Positions 18,823 to 28,617 are shown, counted from the stretch's first letter. The stretch: 64,000 nucleotides of DNA from an uncultured Nitrospiraceae bacterium (GCA_963727775.1 CAVSHB010000001.1:1440001-1504000), one strand, 5' to 3'. Notes: generated by a model from the letters alone, not told the origin. Numbers and translations are program-made.

Positions 18823-20127
18823 TTATAGTTCACCGATAGCATATCTCAGACGTATTTTCGCTATTATCGCATCATAGACCGCGTTGTAATAGTTACTATG
18901 AGTCCTCATCCTGAGAGTTTCCGCATCGAGGACTTCCGTATTTGTTCCTACTCCTTCGCGGTATCGGTCTTTAACGACTTTCAGGTTCTCTTCGGCCTGC
19001 GATACGGCATCGCGGGTCACTTCTATGCGTTTGAACGTTTCTTCTATGTCCAGCCACGCACTGCGCACCTGTAACGAGATTATGGAAGCGGTTTCAGCGC
19101 GCAGATTGATTAAGGCTTCCGATTTCCGGACTAAAGCGTTTGCGTTATGCCTGGTTATGCCTCCGTCAAAGATATCCCATTTCAACCCGAGGATTGCAGA
19201 CCATACATTCTCATGGACCTGATATTTGTTCTGCTGGTAACCGTAACCGCCGGAGAGTTCAAATTGCGGCTGAATGGATGCGCGTATGCTTTCAGCCTGG
19301 TATTGCAATGTTTTTGCCTGCTCCGACAATGAAGCAAGCTCAGGGCGCTTATTTAGCGCCTTTGATGTGGAATCCTGTAAATCTGTCTTAAATGGCACCG
19401 CTGTAAGGTCATCGATTTTGACTTCCTGGTCCAAAGGACGGCTTAATGACCGGTTATATGCCGCACGGGCAAGGTCAAGGTTGTTGCCGGCCTGTATCAG
19501 CCTTTGACGGGCATCCGCAAGCGAAACCTCGGCTGCCAAAAGATCGTTCTTTGTGACCGTTCCCTGTTCATAAAAATTTCCAACATCTTTGGTATGAGCC
19601 GAGAGGTTGGCAACGCTGCTCTCTGCAACCTCCATTGCGCGTTTCGACCGCAGTACATTTACATAAGCTTCCGCAACATTCAGCTTAACGTCAAGCACGG
19701 TCCTTATTTCGTCCTGAATTGCCGTATTCAGTCCCGAGCCGGCAGCGCTGATTCCTTTGCTGATGCGGCTGCTTGTGAACAAAGGCAAAGTCGCTGTTGT
19801 TTTGTAAGAAAGACTTTTGTCTTCCGCCGTAGGAAATTCTTTAACAGGAAACAATGAACTGTCGATGCGTGCAGCAGGCGCATGGTCCAGAACCGTATAC
19901 CCGCTTTCGATGCTGAGGGAAGGAAGACGCGCGGCCTTTGCTGCCGAAAGGGACTGGACAAAGGATTCTGTGGTTTTATGGCTTGATTTAATGCGGTTAT
20001 CAACAGACAATGCTATTCCCCAGGCATCTTCCATTGTTTCCGCAGGAATTGCCGGAGTCAGCAACATCATTGACAGAGAAAGCATAAAAGAAAAAAGCAG
20101 TACATGCAGCCTTGAAAATGGGTTCAT
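18823..20127 (-). CDS. TolC-family outer membrane protein
   Basis: Signal peptide; two OEP repeats (AARLPSL, KRPEL, RYREGVGTNTEVLDAE). Confidence 0.9.
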   Translation of the reverse strand: MNPFSRLHVLLFSFMLSLSMMLLTPAIPAETMEDAWGIALSVDNRIKSSHKTTESFVQSLSAAKAARLPSLSIESGYTVLDHAPAARIDSSLFPVKEFPTAEDKSLSYKTTATLPLFTSSRISKGISAAGSGLNTAIQDEIRTVLDVKLNVAEAYVNVLRSKRAMEVAESSVANLSAHTKDVGNFYEQGTVTKNDLLAAEVSLADARQRLIQAGNNLDLARAAYNRSLSRPLDQEVKIDDLTAVPFKTDLQDSTSKALNKRPELASLSEQAKTLQYQAESIRASIQPQFELSGGYGYQQNKYQVHENVWSAILGLKWDIFDGGITRHNANALVRKSEALINLRAETASIISLQVRSAWLDIEETFKRIEVTRDAVSQAEENLKVVKDRYREGVGTNTEVLDAETLRMRTHSNYYNAVYDAIIAKIRLRYAIGEL

Positions 20128-20228
20128 AAATACTCATGTCCTTTGTGAAAAAAGAATTATAAACGTTTAATAAGTCTAAATAACGGGAAAATCATTGTCA
20201 ACGATAATTTGCGACATCAATAGGGTTT

Positions 20229-22028
20229 TTAGCCCCTTAATTTGCCGAGTCGTTGAGCAAGGTGCACGGTCTCCTGCAAAAGATTTTCTATCTCGTCAAG
20301 CCCTTTCTCCCAGAACCTCTTGTCCGTTATATCTACCCCGAGGTGTTTAAATATATTCTTTGGAGAATCAGACAATCCGGCTGATAAAAACTCTTTGACC
20401 TTATCAATAAAATCAGGGTTTTCCTTTACGGAATTCTGCAGGGACTTGGAGATCAGCAGGCCGCTGGCATACGAGTATACGTAAAAAAAGCTGCGGATAT
20501 GACCCCAGTAAACCCACCAGTTTTCAGAGCCTGGCGACTGTTCGACAGAATCCCCCATATATTCCGACATATGTTTCCGGAACAACCTTCCTATATCCTT
20601 TGCCGATAAATACCCCTTTTGCCTGAACTCCTTATGGAGTTCCTGTTCAAACCTGTAGCACGCAACCTGTCTGAATATGGTAGAGACTTCATCATTGAGT
20701 CTCATCATCATGATTGATAAGCGCAATTCATCGTCTGCCTTTTTCAGTATCTCCTGGAGTACAAAATCCTCCATAAAGGTGCTCGCGACCTCTGCTGTAG
20801 ATATCGGTGTCCCGAAATTTAAGGAATTCTGCTTCTCCCTGATTAATTCATTGTTTATGCCGTGTCCCATCTCGTGCGCCAAAGTCAAAACGTCGTTGAG
20901 CCTGTTTGTATGGTTTAAAAGAATATAGGTAGGCTGAGATATCAAGTTATGGGCGCAGAACGCCCCGCTTACTTTTCCCTTTCTTGGGAATACATCGAAA
21001 CGTACGTTTTCTATGAACGTGTTTAGGACAGCCGCAAATTTTCCGTCGAGATTTGAAAAGACTTTGTGTACAAGTTTCAGGGATTCATTATAGGTATATT
21101 TCTCATTGATATTTCCATATTCAACATTCCTGTCGTGATATCTTAATCTCTTGACTTTCAAGAGCCGCGCCTTTAATTCATAATACCTTGAAGATATGTC
21201 GAACCTGCCGGAGACACTTTGGAGCAGCGCATCCACAATATCGCTTTCTATATCATCACTGATGTGCCTGGTCAGGTCCGGTCTTGATACCATGCGAAGT
21301 TCATCGTCTACCTTTTTGTTTGCGAGCACGGAATTGATTTCCGCCTCGGCAACTTCAGCGTACTTGTTCAATATGTCATTGAATGCCTTTGCCGCAGAGT
21401 CTCTAACTCTTTTCTGTTTGCTGTTCATGAGGCTCAGAATTTCCGAAAAAGTTTTGTTTTCCTTTTTCCCGCCTTCCGGAATAATCTTCCTCTCTTCCCT
21501 GGCGAGAAAACTCGACGTCATCCTTACCCAGTTGGAATAAGAGGTTGGGGTTTTGAGATTTATTATCTTTTCTTCAGGTTCGCTCAGGAGGTATTCTGAT
21601 TCGGCGAAGATGCGTTCAAGGAAATGCCTATAATCTTTTAAGCCCGCATATTCAAGAAACTTATTCTGCTGTTTTTCAGGTATCTTTGCTATGCGGAGAT
21701 AAAAGAACTGGATATCGTTTTCTATTTTTTTGCTGAAATGTTCTATTTGATTGAATTTTGCCTTGAGATCCGGGGCGTTCTGGTCCTGGGTAGTGCGGAG
21801 CCAGTAATAATAGCCTTCGTCGCCCTCACTACCGTAATTTTTTTTCCATTTTGCATACTCTTCCAATGCCTGTTTGAGGATAGCGGGGTCTTCAAGATAA
21901 TCTTTACGTTCTTTCCATTTATTTATGAATTCATAACTGTTTTTTTCGATTAATTTTCTTTTTTTTGCCATTCCCGGGTCATCGTCGCCGTCAAATAGGG
22001 TTTTAAGATTCCATGCAATTTGTTTCAT
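20229..22028 (-). CDS. pepF: Oligoendopeptidase F (M3B)
   Basis: WNLKTLF, GK.SGAFC, TLAHEMGHG, AEVASTFME, FYVYSYASG. Confidence 0.9.
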   Translation of the reverse strand: MKQIAWNLKTLFDGDDDPGMAKKRKLIEKNSYEFINKWKERKDYLEDPAILKQALEEYAKWKKNYGSEGDEGYYYWLRTTQDQNAPDLKAKFNQIEHFSKKIENDIQFFYLRIAKIPEKQQNKFLEYAGLKDYRHFLERIFAESEYLLSEPEEKIINLKTPTSYSNWVRMTSSFLAREERKIIPEGGKKENKTFSEILSLMNSKQKRVRDSAAKAFNDILNKYAEVAEAEINSVLANKKVDDELRMVSRPDLTRHISDDIESDIVDALLQSVSGRFDISSRYYELKARLLKVKRLRYHDRNVEYGNINEKYTYNESLKLVHKVFSNLDGKFAAVLNTFIENVRFDVFPRKGKVSGAFCAHNLISQPTYILLNHTNRLNDVLTLAHEMGHGINNELIREKQNSLNFGTPISTAEVASTFMEDFVLQEILKKADDELRLSIMMMRLNDEVSTIFRQVACYRFEQELHKEFRQKGYLSAKDIGRLFRKHMSEYMGDSVEQSPGSENWWVYWGHIRSFFYVYSYASGLLISKSLQNSVKENPDFIDKVKEFLSAGLSDSPKNIFKHLGVDITDKRFWEKGLDEIENLLQETVHLAQRLGKLRG

Positions 22029-22054
22029 ATATAGACCTTTCCTGAAAAGTAAAA

Positions 22055-22087
22055 AAAATATCCCCGCCATTCAAGCGGGGATATTTT
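22055..22087 (-). terminator. Intrinsic terminator after the OmpA-family gene
   Basis: AAAATATCCCCGC-7 nt-GCGGGGATATTTT with A/T tracts. Confidence 0.8.
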
Positions 22088-22113
22088 CAGATTTAATTAT
22101 CAGCCGAGCGGAC

Positions 22114-22800
22114 CTAATCGGATAAAATTAGGATTTCAACCCTCCTGTTTTTTGCCCTGCCTTCCTCTGTCTTATTTGTAGCTATGGGTTTTGATTTACC
22201 ATAGCCTACCGACTTGATTTTCTTGGCGTTAACTGCCCCTTCCTTTATGAGGAAATTCTTTACGGTTACTGCCCTCTTTTTCGAAAGCCGCTTGTTGTAT
22301 GCTACAGAACCTATAGCATCAGTATGTCCTTCTACCCTAATTTTTGCACCGGGATATTTCTTGACAAAATCGAGCGCCTTTTTTAACTCAGGCTTGTCAA
22401 CATCCCTTATATCTGCCTTGTCGAAATCAAAATTGACCATGATCGTAAGCTTATCGATAACCTTGGCCTCTTTTTTCGCAGTGGCGGGGCAGAGTGCTTT
22501 TGCCATTTTAGTGGCTTTTTTGGCCATTTCTATTGCTTCTTTTGTGTGGCACGCGAGATAAGTCTCATATGCCTGGTCCTTTGCCTTTTTTGCTTCCTTA
22601 AACTCAACAGGACATGTCTTGTCTTTCCCGGCTTTTTGCGCATCTGCAACAGCGCGGTCTGCTTTAACTAATTCGTGAGGGTAATACCATACCGCATATT
22701 TTGGAGCGAATTCCATTCCCGCACAACCCATGAGAAAAATTAAAGCAAACAATGAAATCAGCAGGAAAAGGCCTTTAAAACGAACCAATTGCATTCTCAC
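22114..22800 (-). CDS. OmpA-family lipoprotein
   Basis: Lipobox LMGC; VNFDFDK, VEGHTD..G, LSKKRA, GRAKNRRVEI. Confidence 0.92.
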   Translation of the reverse strand: MRMQLVRFKGLFLLISLFALIFLMGCAGMEFAPKYAVWYYPHELVKADRAVADAQKAGKDKTCPVEFKEAKKAKDQAYETYLACHTKEAIEMAKKATKMAKALCPATAKKEAKVIDKLTIMVNFDFDKADIRDVDKPELKKALDFVKKYPGAKIRVEGHTDAIGSVAYNKRLSKKRAVTVKNFLIKEGAVNAKKIKSVGYGKSKPIATNKTEEGRAKNRRVEILILSD

Positions 22801-23026
22801 ACCTCCTTGAAATAATTTTTAAACTGCCGTAAAAAAATAGGAGTCTTTTTATTCTCTTCTATATCACCCCCTTTTATTCGGTATGTTCAAATATGTAATG
22901 CTGTAAATAGCTCATTGATCAAGAATTAAAAAAATTATATCATATCCTCTACTGAAAGATAACAGAATTATTTATTTATATAGTTTACTGATAATTAATA
23001 ACCTTTAAATACCGGCAGGAGGGAGC

Positions 23027-23461
23027 ATGAAATACCAGGTAGGGAAGACTGGAAGGGTTGTTGTCGCAAGATTTGAGGATAAGGAAGATATACTTGACAA
23101 CCTTCTTGAAATTACGAGAAAGGAAAATATAAGGAGTGCTGTAGTCCAGTTGATCGGCGGTGTGAGACAGGGAAGGGTTGTTGTCGGCCCGGAAAAAGAG
23201 GAGCTGCCGCCAACGCCTGTATGGAGGGACATACGGGAAAGTCATGAAGTTATCGGTATTGGTACGATTTTCTGGCAGGACGATGAACCCAAGGTCCATT
23301 TACACGGGGCATTTGGTAAAGGGGATGCAGTAAAGACTGGATGCCTTAGGGGAGCGTCCGAAACTTTTCTTGTTCTTGAAGCCGTTGTCATAGAGATACT
23401 CGGAATTGACGCCAGGAGGGAATTTGACCAGGCTTCAGGTCTGACACTCCTCAAACTTTAA
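23027..23461 (+). CDS. PPC/DUF296 domain protein
   Basis: GRVVVARFE, HEVIGIGT, KVHLHGAFG, TGCL. Confidence 0.85.
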   Translation: MKYQVGKTGRVVVARFEDKEDILDNLLEITRKENIRSAVVQLIGGVRQGRVVVGPEKEELPPTPVWRDIRESHEVIGIGTIFWQDDEPKVHLHGAFGKGDAVKTGCLRGASETFLVLEAVVIEILGIDARREFDQASGLTLLKL

Positions 23462-23506
23462 TTAAATTATATACCCCGCTGTCTCTGCGGGGGGGAAACC
23501 GTGAAG

Positions 23507-23536
23507 CCCCTTTTGAAAAGGGGGTTTGGGGGATTA
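23507..23536. repeat. Palindrome-family copy inside the IS200 left end
   Basis: CCCCTTTT-G-AAAAGGGG then GTTTGGGGGATTA. Confidence 0.6.
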
Positions 23537-23549
23537 TAATGCTGTTACA

Positions 23550-24002
23550 ATGGAACTGGGAAAGAGGCCTCATGCGGTCTATAAGATTCGATACCATTTG
23601 GTGACTGCTGTAAAGTACCGTAAGGTTTTGTTGAATGAGGAAGTTGAGAAATGTATCAGAGAGACAATGAGGGGAATTACTGAACGGTACAATATTGTAA
23701 TCGATGAAATTGGATTTGATGAGGATCATATACATATCTTCTGCGGTGCTCAACCGCAATATAGCCCGAGTCAGGTGCTGAACGTAATTAAGTCGATAAC
23801 GGCGAAACGAGTATTCGAAGAATTTCCGAAGATGAAGAAAGTAGAATTGTGGGGTGGAGAATTCTGGAGTGACGGCAAGGACATAGGAACGGTCGGGGAT
23901 GCAACAAATGAAGAAGTGATTAAGCGATACATAAGGAATCAGACTTTGGATAAGTCTGAAATAGAGCGGCGCACAGGTCAGCTAAAACTGTTCAAAATTT
24001 AA
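23550..24002 (+). CDS. tnpA: IS200/IS605 HUH Y1 transposase
   Basis: YHLV..VKYR, DHIHIF (HUH), LWGGEFWSDG, RYIRNQ (catalytic Tyr). Confidence 0.93.
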   Translation: MELGKRPHAVYKIRYHLVTAVKYRKVLLNEEVEKCIRETMRGITERYNIVIDEIGFDEDHIHIFCGAQPQYSPSQVLNVIKSITAKRVFEEFPKMKKVELWGGEFWSDGKDIGTVGDATNEEVIKRYIRNQTLDKSEIERRTGQLKLFKI

Positions 24003-24130
24003 AGATGCCATCGCTGGTGAGAGTTTTCCGAGATACCCCGCCGTCTCTGCGGCGGGGAGGTTCATTATATTAAGGCTCATAATTGTCGGCGGTCTGCTAT
24101 TCGACCACGCAGACTGTATTGGCTTCACTT

Positions 24131-24206
24131 TGTCATTCCAGCTTGTCCGAAATCTTTCCAGGCTTCTCGGAATGATTCCCGACGCGCTTCACTTGAGGGA
24201 ATGACA
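24131..24206. repeat. REP/MITE-like element of a second family
   Basis: 9-bp terminal inverted repeat TGTCATTCC/GGAATGACA enclosing 76 bp. Confidence 0.6.
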
Positions 24207-24364
24207 TCCCTTTTGAGCTATTCATAACACCAGTCGTTTGTGAGATACTACGCTAACGTTGTGCGAACAAATAAAATTATGAGGCAACTTGTCGCTCTAT
24301 TTCATTGAGTTGTTTGTACTTCTATATTATTATAGGTATTATTAGTATTACTCGAGGAGGAAGA

Positions 24365-24574
24365 ATGCTTACATTAAAATTGCCTGCCGACTTGGAAGAT
24401 AGGCTGAATCAGCTTGCTAAAAAAACTAAACGGCCGAAAAGTTTTTATATGCGAGAGGCGCTCGTTGAATATCTTGAAGAATACGAAGACGCTTTCCTTG
24501 CTCTCGAGCGACTCAATAAGAAGAACGCAAAATATCTGAGCACAAAAGAATTGGAAAAGCGCCTTGGCCTATAA
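24365..24574 (+). CDS. RelB/CopG-like ribbon-helix-helix antitoxin
   Basis: LKLPADLEDRLNQLAKKTKRPKSFYMREA...YED; GGAGG RBS. Confidence 0.88.
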   Translation: MLTLKLPADLEDRLNQLAKKTKRPKSFYMREALVEYLEEYEDAFLALERLNKKNAKYLSTKELEKRLGL

Positions 24575-24824
24575 AGTACAATGGCACGAAGACATATGGA
24601 AGGACCTATACAAACTCGATAAAGAGACTGCGGCGAAGATCATTGAGCGGGTGAGTACATATCTTATTCGCGATCCTCTGAAACTTGGGAAAGCTCTTAC
24701 GGGACAGTTTTCAGGTTTTTATAGGTATCGCTATGGAGATTATAGAGTTCTGTACGTTGTAGACCTCACAAAGAAAACGATAATAGTACTCAAGGTGTGG
24801 CATAGAAAAAATGCTTATGAATGA
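24564..24824 (+). CDS. RelE/ParE-family toxin
   Basis: DPLKLGKALTG..SG.YRYRYGDYRVLY, HRKNAY; overlaps the antitoxin. Confidence 0.9.
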   Translation: MAYKVQWHEDIWKDLYKLDKETAAKIIERVSTYLIRDPLKLGKALTGQFSGFYRYRYGDYRVLYVVDLTKKTIIVLKVWHRKNAYE

Positions 24825-25000
24825 TAGCGTGGAAGCGGGGAAAAGAACTCACAGAAGATAAACTTCTCGATACCTGCATATTCCGGTGAAATCTGGCACT
24901 CAGCCTCTATTATCGTGTTGATGATATCCTTGGGTATGGGCTTAGACTCATAAGATCGAACTGACCGTCTCTTTCTGATTGCCTCAATTACGGCATTCAT
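24815..25000 (-). pseudogene. Nitroreductase N-terminal fragment
   Basis: IEAIRKRRSVRSYESKPIPKDIINTIIEA, then similarity ends before the expected APS motif. Confidence 0.75.
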
Positions 25001-25237
25001 TTTCTTCTTCCTATGTGTTATTGATATAACCTACAACTTAGCCATTTTTTGCGAAGTAGCATGTCTTACGGCACGAAGGCGAGACTTACCCGTGCCAGGG
25101 GTGGCAGAGAAGGAGTGGCAGGAATGGTTCAGAAAATGCAGTCTGTAATAAATAATTCCACTTGACCAAATATATACAGTCTGAGTAACTTATATAGGTT
25201 ATTTTTTTATCTTTTTAAAAAGAGAGGAGGTGATACA

Positions 25238-25546
25238 ATGTTGAAGAAAGTTACAGTAATACTGGTAGCCCTTCTTTTTGTATTCTCAATAACTGCGGTA
25301 GCCTTTGCGGCAGATCAGACAAAGGAAGCTCCTGTGAAGACTGATAAAAAGGCTACTCCTGCAACAACTGAGAAAAAGGCTCCTGCAATGGCTGAGAAAA
25401 AGGCTGAACCTGCGGGCGCTATGAAAAAGGAAGAAACTGAAAAGGCTGAGAAAAAAGCAACAAAGACAAAGAAGGCTAAAAAAGCCAAGAAAGCCAAAAA
25501 AGCCAAAAAAGTTAAAAAAGCGGAAGGCGAAGAAAAGCCGATGTAA
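25238..25546 (+). CDS. Small exported Lys/Ala-rich low-complexity protein
   Basis: GGAGGTG RBS; signal peptide ending AFA; KKA repeats. Confidence 0.85.
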   Translation: MLKKVTVILVALLFVFSITAVAFAADQTKEAPVKTDKKATPATTEKKAPAMAEKKAEPAGAMKKEETEKAEKKATKTKKAKKAKKAKKAKKVKKAEGEEKPM

Positions 25547-25564
25547 TAAACCGGCTGTGTTACG

Positions 25565-25602
25565 ATCATGGCAGGGGCGTAAAGCCTCTGCCATGATTTT
25601 CT
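25565..25602 (+). terminator. Intrinsic terminator
   Basis: ATCATGGCAGGGGC-GTAAA-GCCTCTGCCATGAT followed by TTTCT. Confidence 0.8.
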
Positions 25603-25666
25603 GTGGCCGGACAATATTAGGCATATCCTTAAACAAAGTTGACTATACGATCTATCGGGAGACGCA

Positions 25667-26206
25667 ATGGCAGAAGAAAAAAAAGAGAAATGGCTGAACT
25701 ACCTGGCGCTCACAACGGTAATATTTGCCGTATGTGCAACGCTGTCCACTTTTAAAGGCGGAGGTTTTTCGACTCGGTCCGTACTTGCGCAGTCCCAGGC
25801 ATCCGACCAATGGGCATTTTATCAGGCCAAGAGCATTAAAGGGTATTTGTATGAGTTGCAGAAAGAGAAACTTGATTTTGAAATAAAAGCCGGAGCACAA
25901 AAACTTCCAAAATATTTGGTAGGGGAATATAAAGAAAAAATAGATTCATATTCCAAGAAAATAAAAAAATACGACACGGAAAAGGCAAAGATCGAGAAGG
26001 ATGCGAAGAATCTTGAAAGCCTGAGGGATCTGGCGCAGAAGCATTCCCAGGCGTTCGGAATGGCCATCATATTCCTTCAGATTGCGATACTGCTTTCATC
26101 CATAGCCGCCTTATTGAAAAAGAAAGTTGTCTGGACACTCGGTCTCGTTACAGGTGTACTCGGCATAATGTATTTCGTAAACGGGTTCTTCTTGTTTTTA
26201 CATTAA
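25667..26206 (+). CDS. DUF4337-like membrane protein
   Basis: LALTTVIFAVCATL, ASDQWAFYQAKSIK, LQIAILLSSIAAL. Confidence 0.8.
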   Translation: MAEEKKEKWLNYLALTTVIFAVCATLSTFKGGGFSTRSVLAQSQASDQWAFYQAKSIKGYLYELQKEKLDFEIKAGAQKLPKYLVGEYKEKIDSYSKKIKKYDTEKAKIEKDAKNLESLRDLAQKHSQAFGMAIIFLQIAILLSSIAALLKKKVVWTLGLVTGVLGIMYFVNGFFLFLH

Positions 26207-26302
26207 GAACTCAGAATCAATCCGGCAGGCCGCGTGTCTTTTCTCTCGTTGCCGCTACGAATAAGCAAGCTGTTTTCTAAGAAAAGAATCAATAAAAAAC
26301 TA

Positions 26303-26635
26303 TCAGACAAATTCTAATCCGACTCGGTAATAAAGACTGCTATTCCTTTCACTCCAGCGAACAATCGCTGTTTGATGAGGGTTATAATTATTGTTCTTGA
26401 TTGTTATCTTTTGGTCCTTATTAAGAAAGTTAGTTGTGAAAAGACAAAGTCCGGATTTACTGATATTTGCTATAACTCCGTCAAAAGTATCATTCTCATG
26501 CAGGGAATTCAAAGTATATTCTATTACGCCGACTATATCGTTCCGATTCTCTCTCCTTTGATCGGATAGTTCGTCCAGGTAAACAGCTTTGATGGTTCTG
26601 AAATTATTTACCCCATGATGTCCACTTTTTAGCAA
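26303..26635 (-). CDS. PilZ-domain protein (start uncertain)
   Basis: RRENR (RxxxR), NISKSGL, AIVRW, VGLEF. Confidence 0.8.
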   Translation of the reverse strand: MLKSGHHGVNNFRTIKAVYLDELSDQRRENRNDIVGVIEYTLNSLHENDTFDGVIANISKSGLCLFTTNFLNKDQKITIKNNNYNPHQTAIVRWSERNSSLYYRVGLEFV

Positions 26636-26636
26636 T

Positions 26637-26730
26637 AAAAAAAGACAAACTTGAAGTTCTACCGGCTTGTTCGAAAAGACCTGTTATTTCCCGATGCTTT
26701 CTTAAGAAACTCCAAAATTATAAGCCGGTC
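26637..26730 (-). promoter_or_regulatory. Candidate attenuator or structured leader of the PilZ gene
   Basis: ACCGGCTT/AAGCCGGT stem competes with an ACAAGC/GTTTGT stem followed by a T run. Confidence 0.35.
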
Positions 26731-26911
26731 GATAATTTAATGCGACATTATCACAATAAACTTAAAATTGTCAATTTATAATTATTTATTGATTAAAAAG
26801 TTTCTAAATTGAACGTATCCATTAAGGACTTGGATCTCCGGTTTGCAATGGGTATAACCTTAATGAACAATTTCCTTGAAAATCTCCTGGAAATCTGTTA
26901 TCCAATATGCT

Positions 26912-28201
26912 ATGGCAGTGAAAGAGAACGTAAATGTCTTGAGGGAATATCTTGAGCATCTTGAAAAGAAAGTGGAAGACCTTAAGATTTTTACCGAAGT
27001 CTCTGCAATTATATCGTCAACCCTCGATTTTCAAGAGCTTATGACTATTGTGATGGAAAAGGCAAAGGGTCTAATGAATGCCGAAGGATGTTCTATCCTT
27101 CTGTACAACAGAGAGACCGGGAAGCTGGAATTTGAGGTTGCGCTGTGCGGAGACGAGTCTACATCAGACGCCTTAAAGACAAAAATTACCCTTGATATCG
27201 GACAGGGCATCGCCGGATGGGTTGCGGAGAAACAGGAAGTGCTGTTCATTAAGGATGTGAAGGCGGACCGCAGATTCTATCAGGATGCCGACAAGCAGAC
27301 AGGGTTTGTGACAAAGAGCCTTATCGCCGTGCCGCTTATAGGGAGAAGAGGGCTCATAGGAGTGGCGGAGATCATTAATCCCCAGAAAGAGGATTATGAT
27401 ATCGACATACTGAAGTTACTCAGCAAGCATTTTGCTATTGCTATTGAAAATGCATTGTATCACAAAGAATCGATTGAGAAAGAGAGACTGAAGCAGGAAC
27501 TCGATATTGCAGCTTCTTTGCAGAAAAGTTTTCTTCCGGAATCGCCGACTTTCACAAAGGACAATCTTACGGCTTCGGCAGTAAATATTCCCGCGAGACA
27601 GGTTGGGGGAGACTTGTATGATTTTATTGAGCCGGTTAAAGGTAAGGTTGGGGTTTTCATAGGCGATGTCTCAGGGAAAGGTGTATCAGCCGCGCTTTAT
27701 ATGGCAAAGATTATCAGCGACTTTCGGTATATTGCCAATGGGACGCCTTCTCCAGGGACTGTCATGAACAGGCTGAATTCCCTGCTTTCAAGTGCGCCGA
27801 GGGGCATGTTTCTGACCGCTGTTTATATGATAGCGGACACAAAAAAAGGCAAAATGGACATTTCGGTCGCCGGGCATCCTCCGTTTATGTGGCTTAGAGA
27901 CGAGAAAGTAAAGATCATGTCCATACCGGCGGGTCCCCCTCTGGGGATAGTACCCGGAGATTACCCTGTGAGTAAGTTTTCTTTGAAACACGGCGACAGG
28001 CTGCTCTTCTTGACTGACGGGGTGTTTGAGGCGAAGAACAGGAAAGGCCGGCGGATGGGTTTTGATAGTCTCGTCGATTTTATCAAAGAGGGCGTAGACA
28101 AAGGACCGTTGATTGATATGATCACGGAGCATGTGAACAAGTTTTCGAGAGGTATGGAAAGGGCGGATGACCTCACTATTATTGAAGTGAGGTTTGGGTA
28201 A
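26912..28201 (+). CDS. GAF + SpoIIE/PP2C phosphatase (RsbU-like)
   Basis: GQGIAGWVA (GAF); VGGDLYDF, IGDVSGKG, AGHPP, TDGV.EA, DDLT. Confidence 0.92.
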   Translation: MAVKENVNVLREYLEHLEKKVEDLKIFTEVSAIISSTLDFQELMTIVMEKAKGLMNAEGCSILLYNRETGKLEFEVALCGDESTSDALKTKITLDIGQGIAGWVAEKQEVLFIKDVKADRRFYQDADKQTGFVTKSLIAVPLIGRRGLIGVAEIINPQKEDYDIDILKLLSKHFAIAIENALYHKESIEKERLKQELDIAASLQKSFLPESPTFTKDNLTASAVNIPARQVGGDLYDFIEPVKGKVGVFIGDVSGKGVSAALYMAKIISDFRYIANGTPSPGTVMNRLNSLLSSAPRGMFLTAVYMIADTKKGKMDISVAGHPPFMWLRDEKVKIMSIPAGPPLGIVPGDYPVSKFSLKHGDRLLFLTDGVFEAKNRKGRRMGFDSLVDFIKEGVDKGPLIDMITEHVNKFSRGMERADDLTIIEVRFG

Positions 28202-28203
28202 CA

Positions 28204-28617
28204 GTGAAAGATTCCGTCATTATTACAGTCCCGTCTCATCCGAAGTATCTTTCGGTGGTCAGGGCGGTAACAGCCAGGATGGGGCAGTTGCATGAGATGA
28301 CCGAGACTGCGATAGATGATATAAAACTTGCCGTTGACGAGGCGTGCTCAAACGTTATAAAACATGCATACAGAGGAGAAACATCCCGGAAGATTACTCT
28401 GAGATATACTATAAAACGAGGGGTTTTCACAGTGAACATAGACGATAACGGTATAAAGTCGGCTATCGAACAAATGAGGGGGAGAAGCCTTGATGATGTA
28501 AAACCGGGCGGGCTTGGCGTCCATTTTATACGAAAAGTATTTGATGTGGTCGAGCTGGACGATAGAAAGCAGAGGGGTAACAGGTTGATATTGATTAAAT
28601 ATACGGGCAACAAATGA
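28204..28617 (+). CDS. Anti-sigma-type Ser kinase (RsbW-like HATPase)
   Basis: LAVDEACSNVIKHAY, IDDNG, GGLGVHFI. Confidence 0.9.
   Translation: MKDSVIITVPSHPKYLSVVRAVTARMGQLHEMTETAIDDIKLAVDEACSNVIKHAYRGETSRKITLRYTIKRGVFTVNIDDNGIKSAIEQMRGRSLDDVKPGGLGVHFIRKVFDVVELDDRKQRGNRLILIKYTGNK

Larger units (their letters stand above)
23471..24064 (+). mobile_element. IS200/IS605-family element (tnpA only)
   Basis: Matching subterminal hairpins ATACCCCGCTGTCTCTGCGGGGGGG (23471) and ATACCCCGCCGTCTCTGCGGCGGGG (24033), followed by AGGTTCA. Confidence 0.85.

Noticed and set aside
18823..20127. Complete efflux or type I secretion system
   Set aside because: No membrane-fusion or inner-membrane partner is adjacent; orphan TolC genes are common.
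23550..24064. Possible tnpB / omega-RNA system
   Set aside because: The right-end hairpin follows tnpA within ~30 nt, leaving no room for tnpB.
26637..26730. Canonical c-di-GMP-I riboswitch
   Set aside because: The GGCAAAC/GCAAAGC-type consensus elements were not found; kept only as an unclassified leader.
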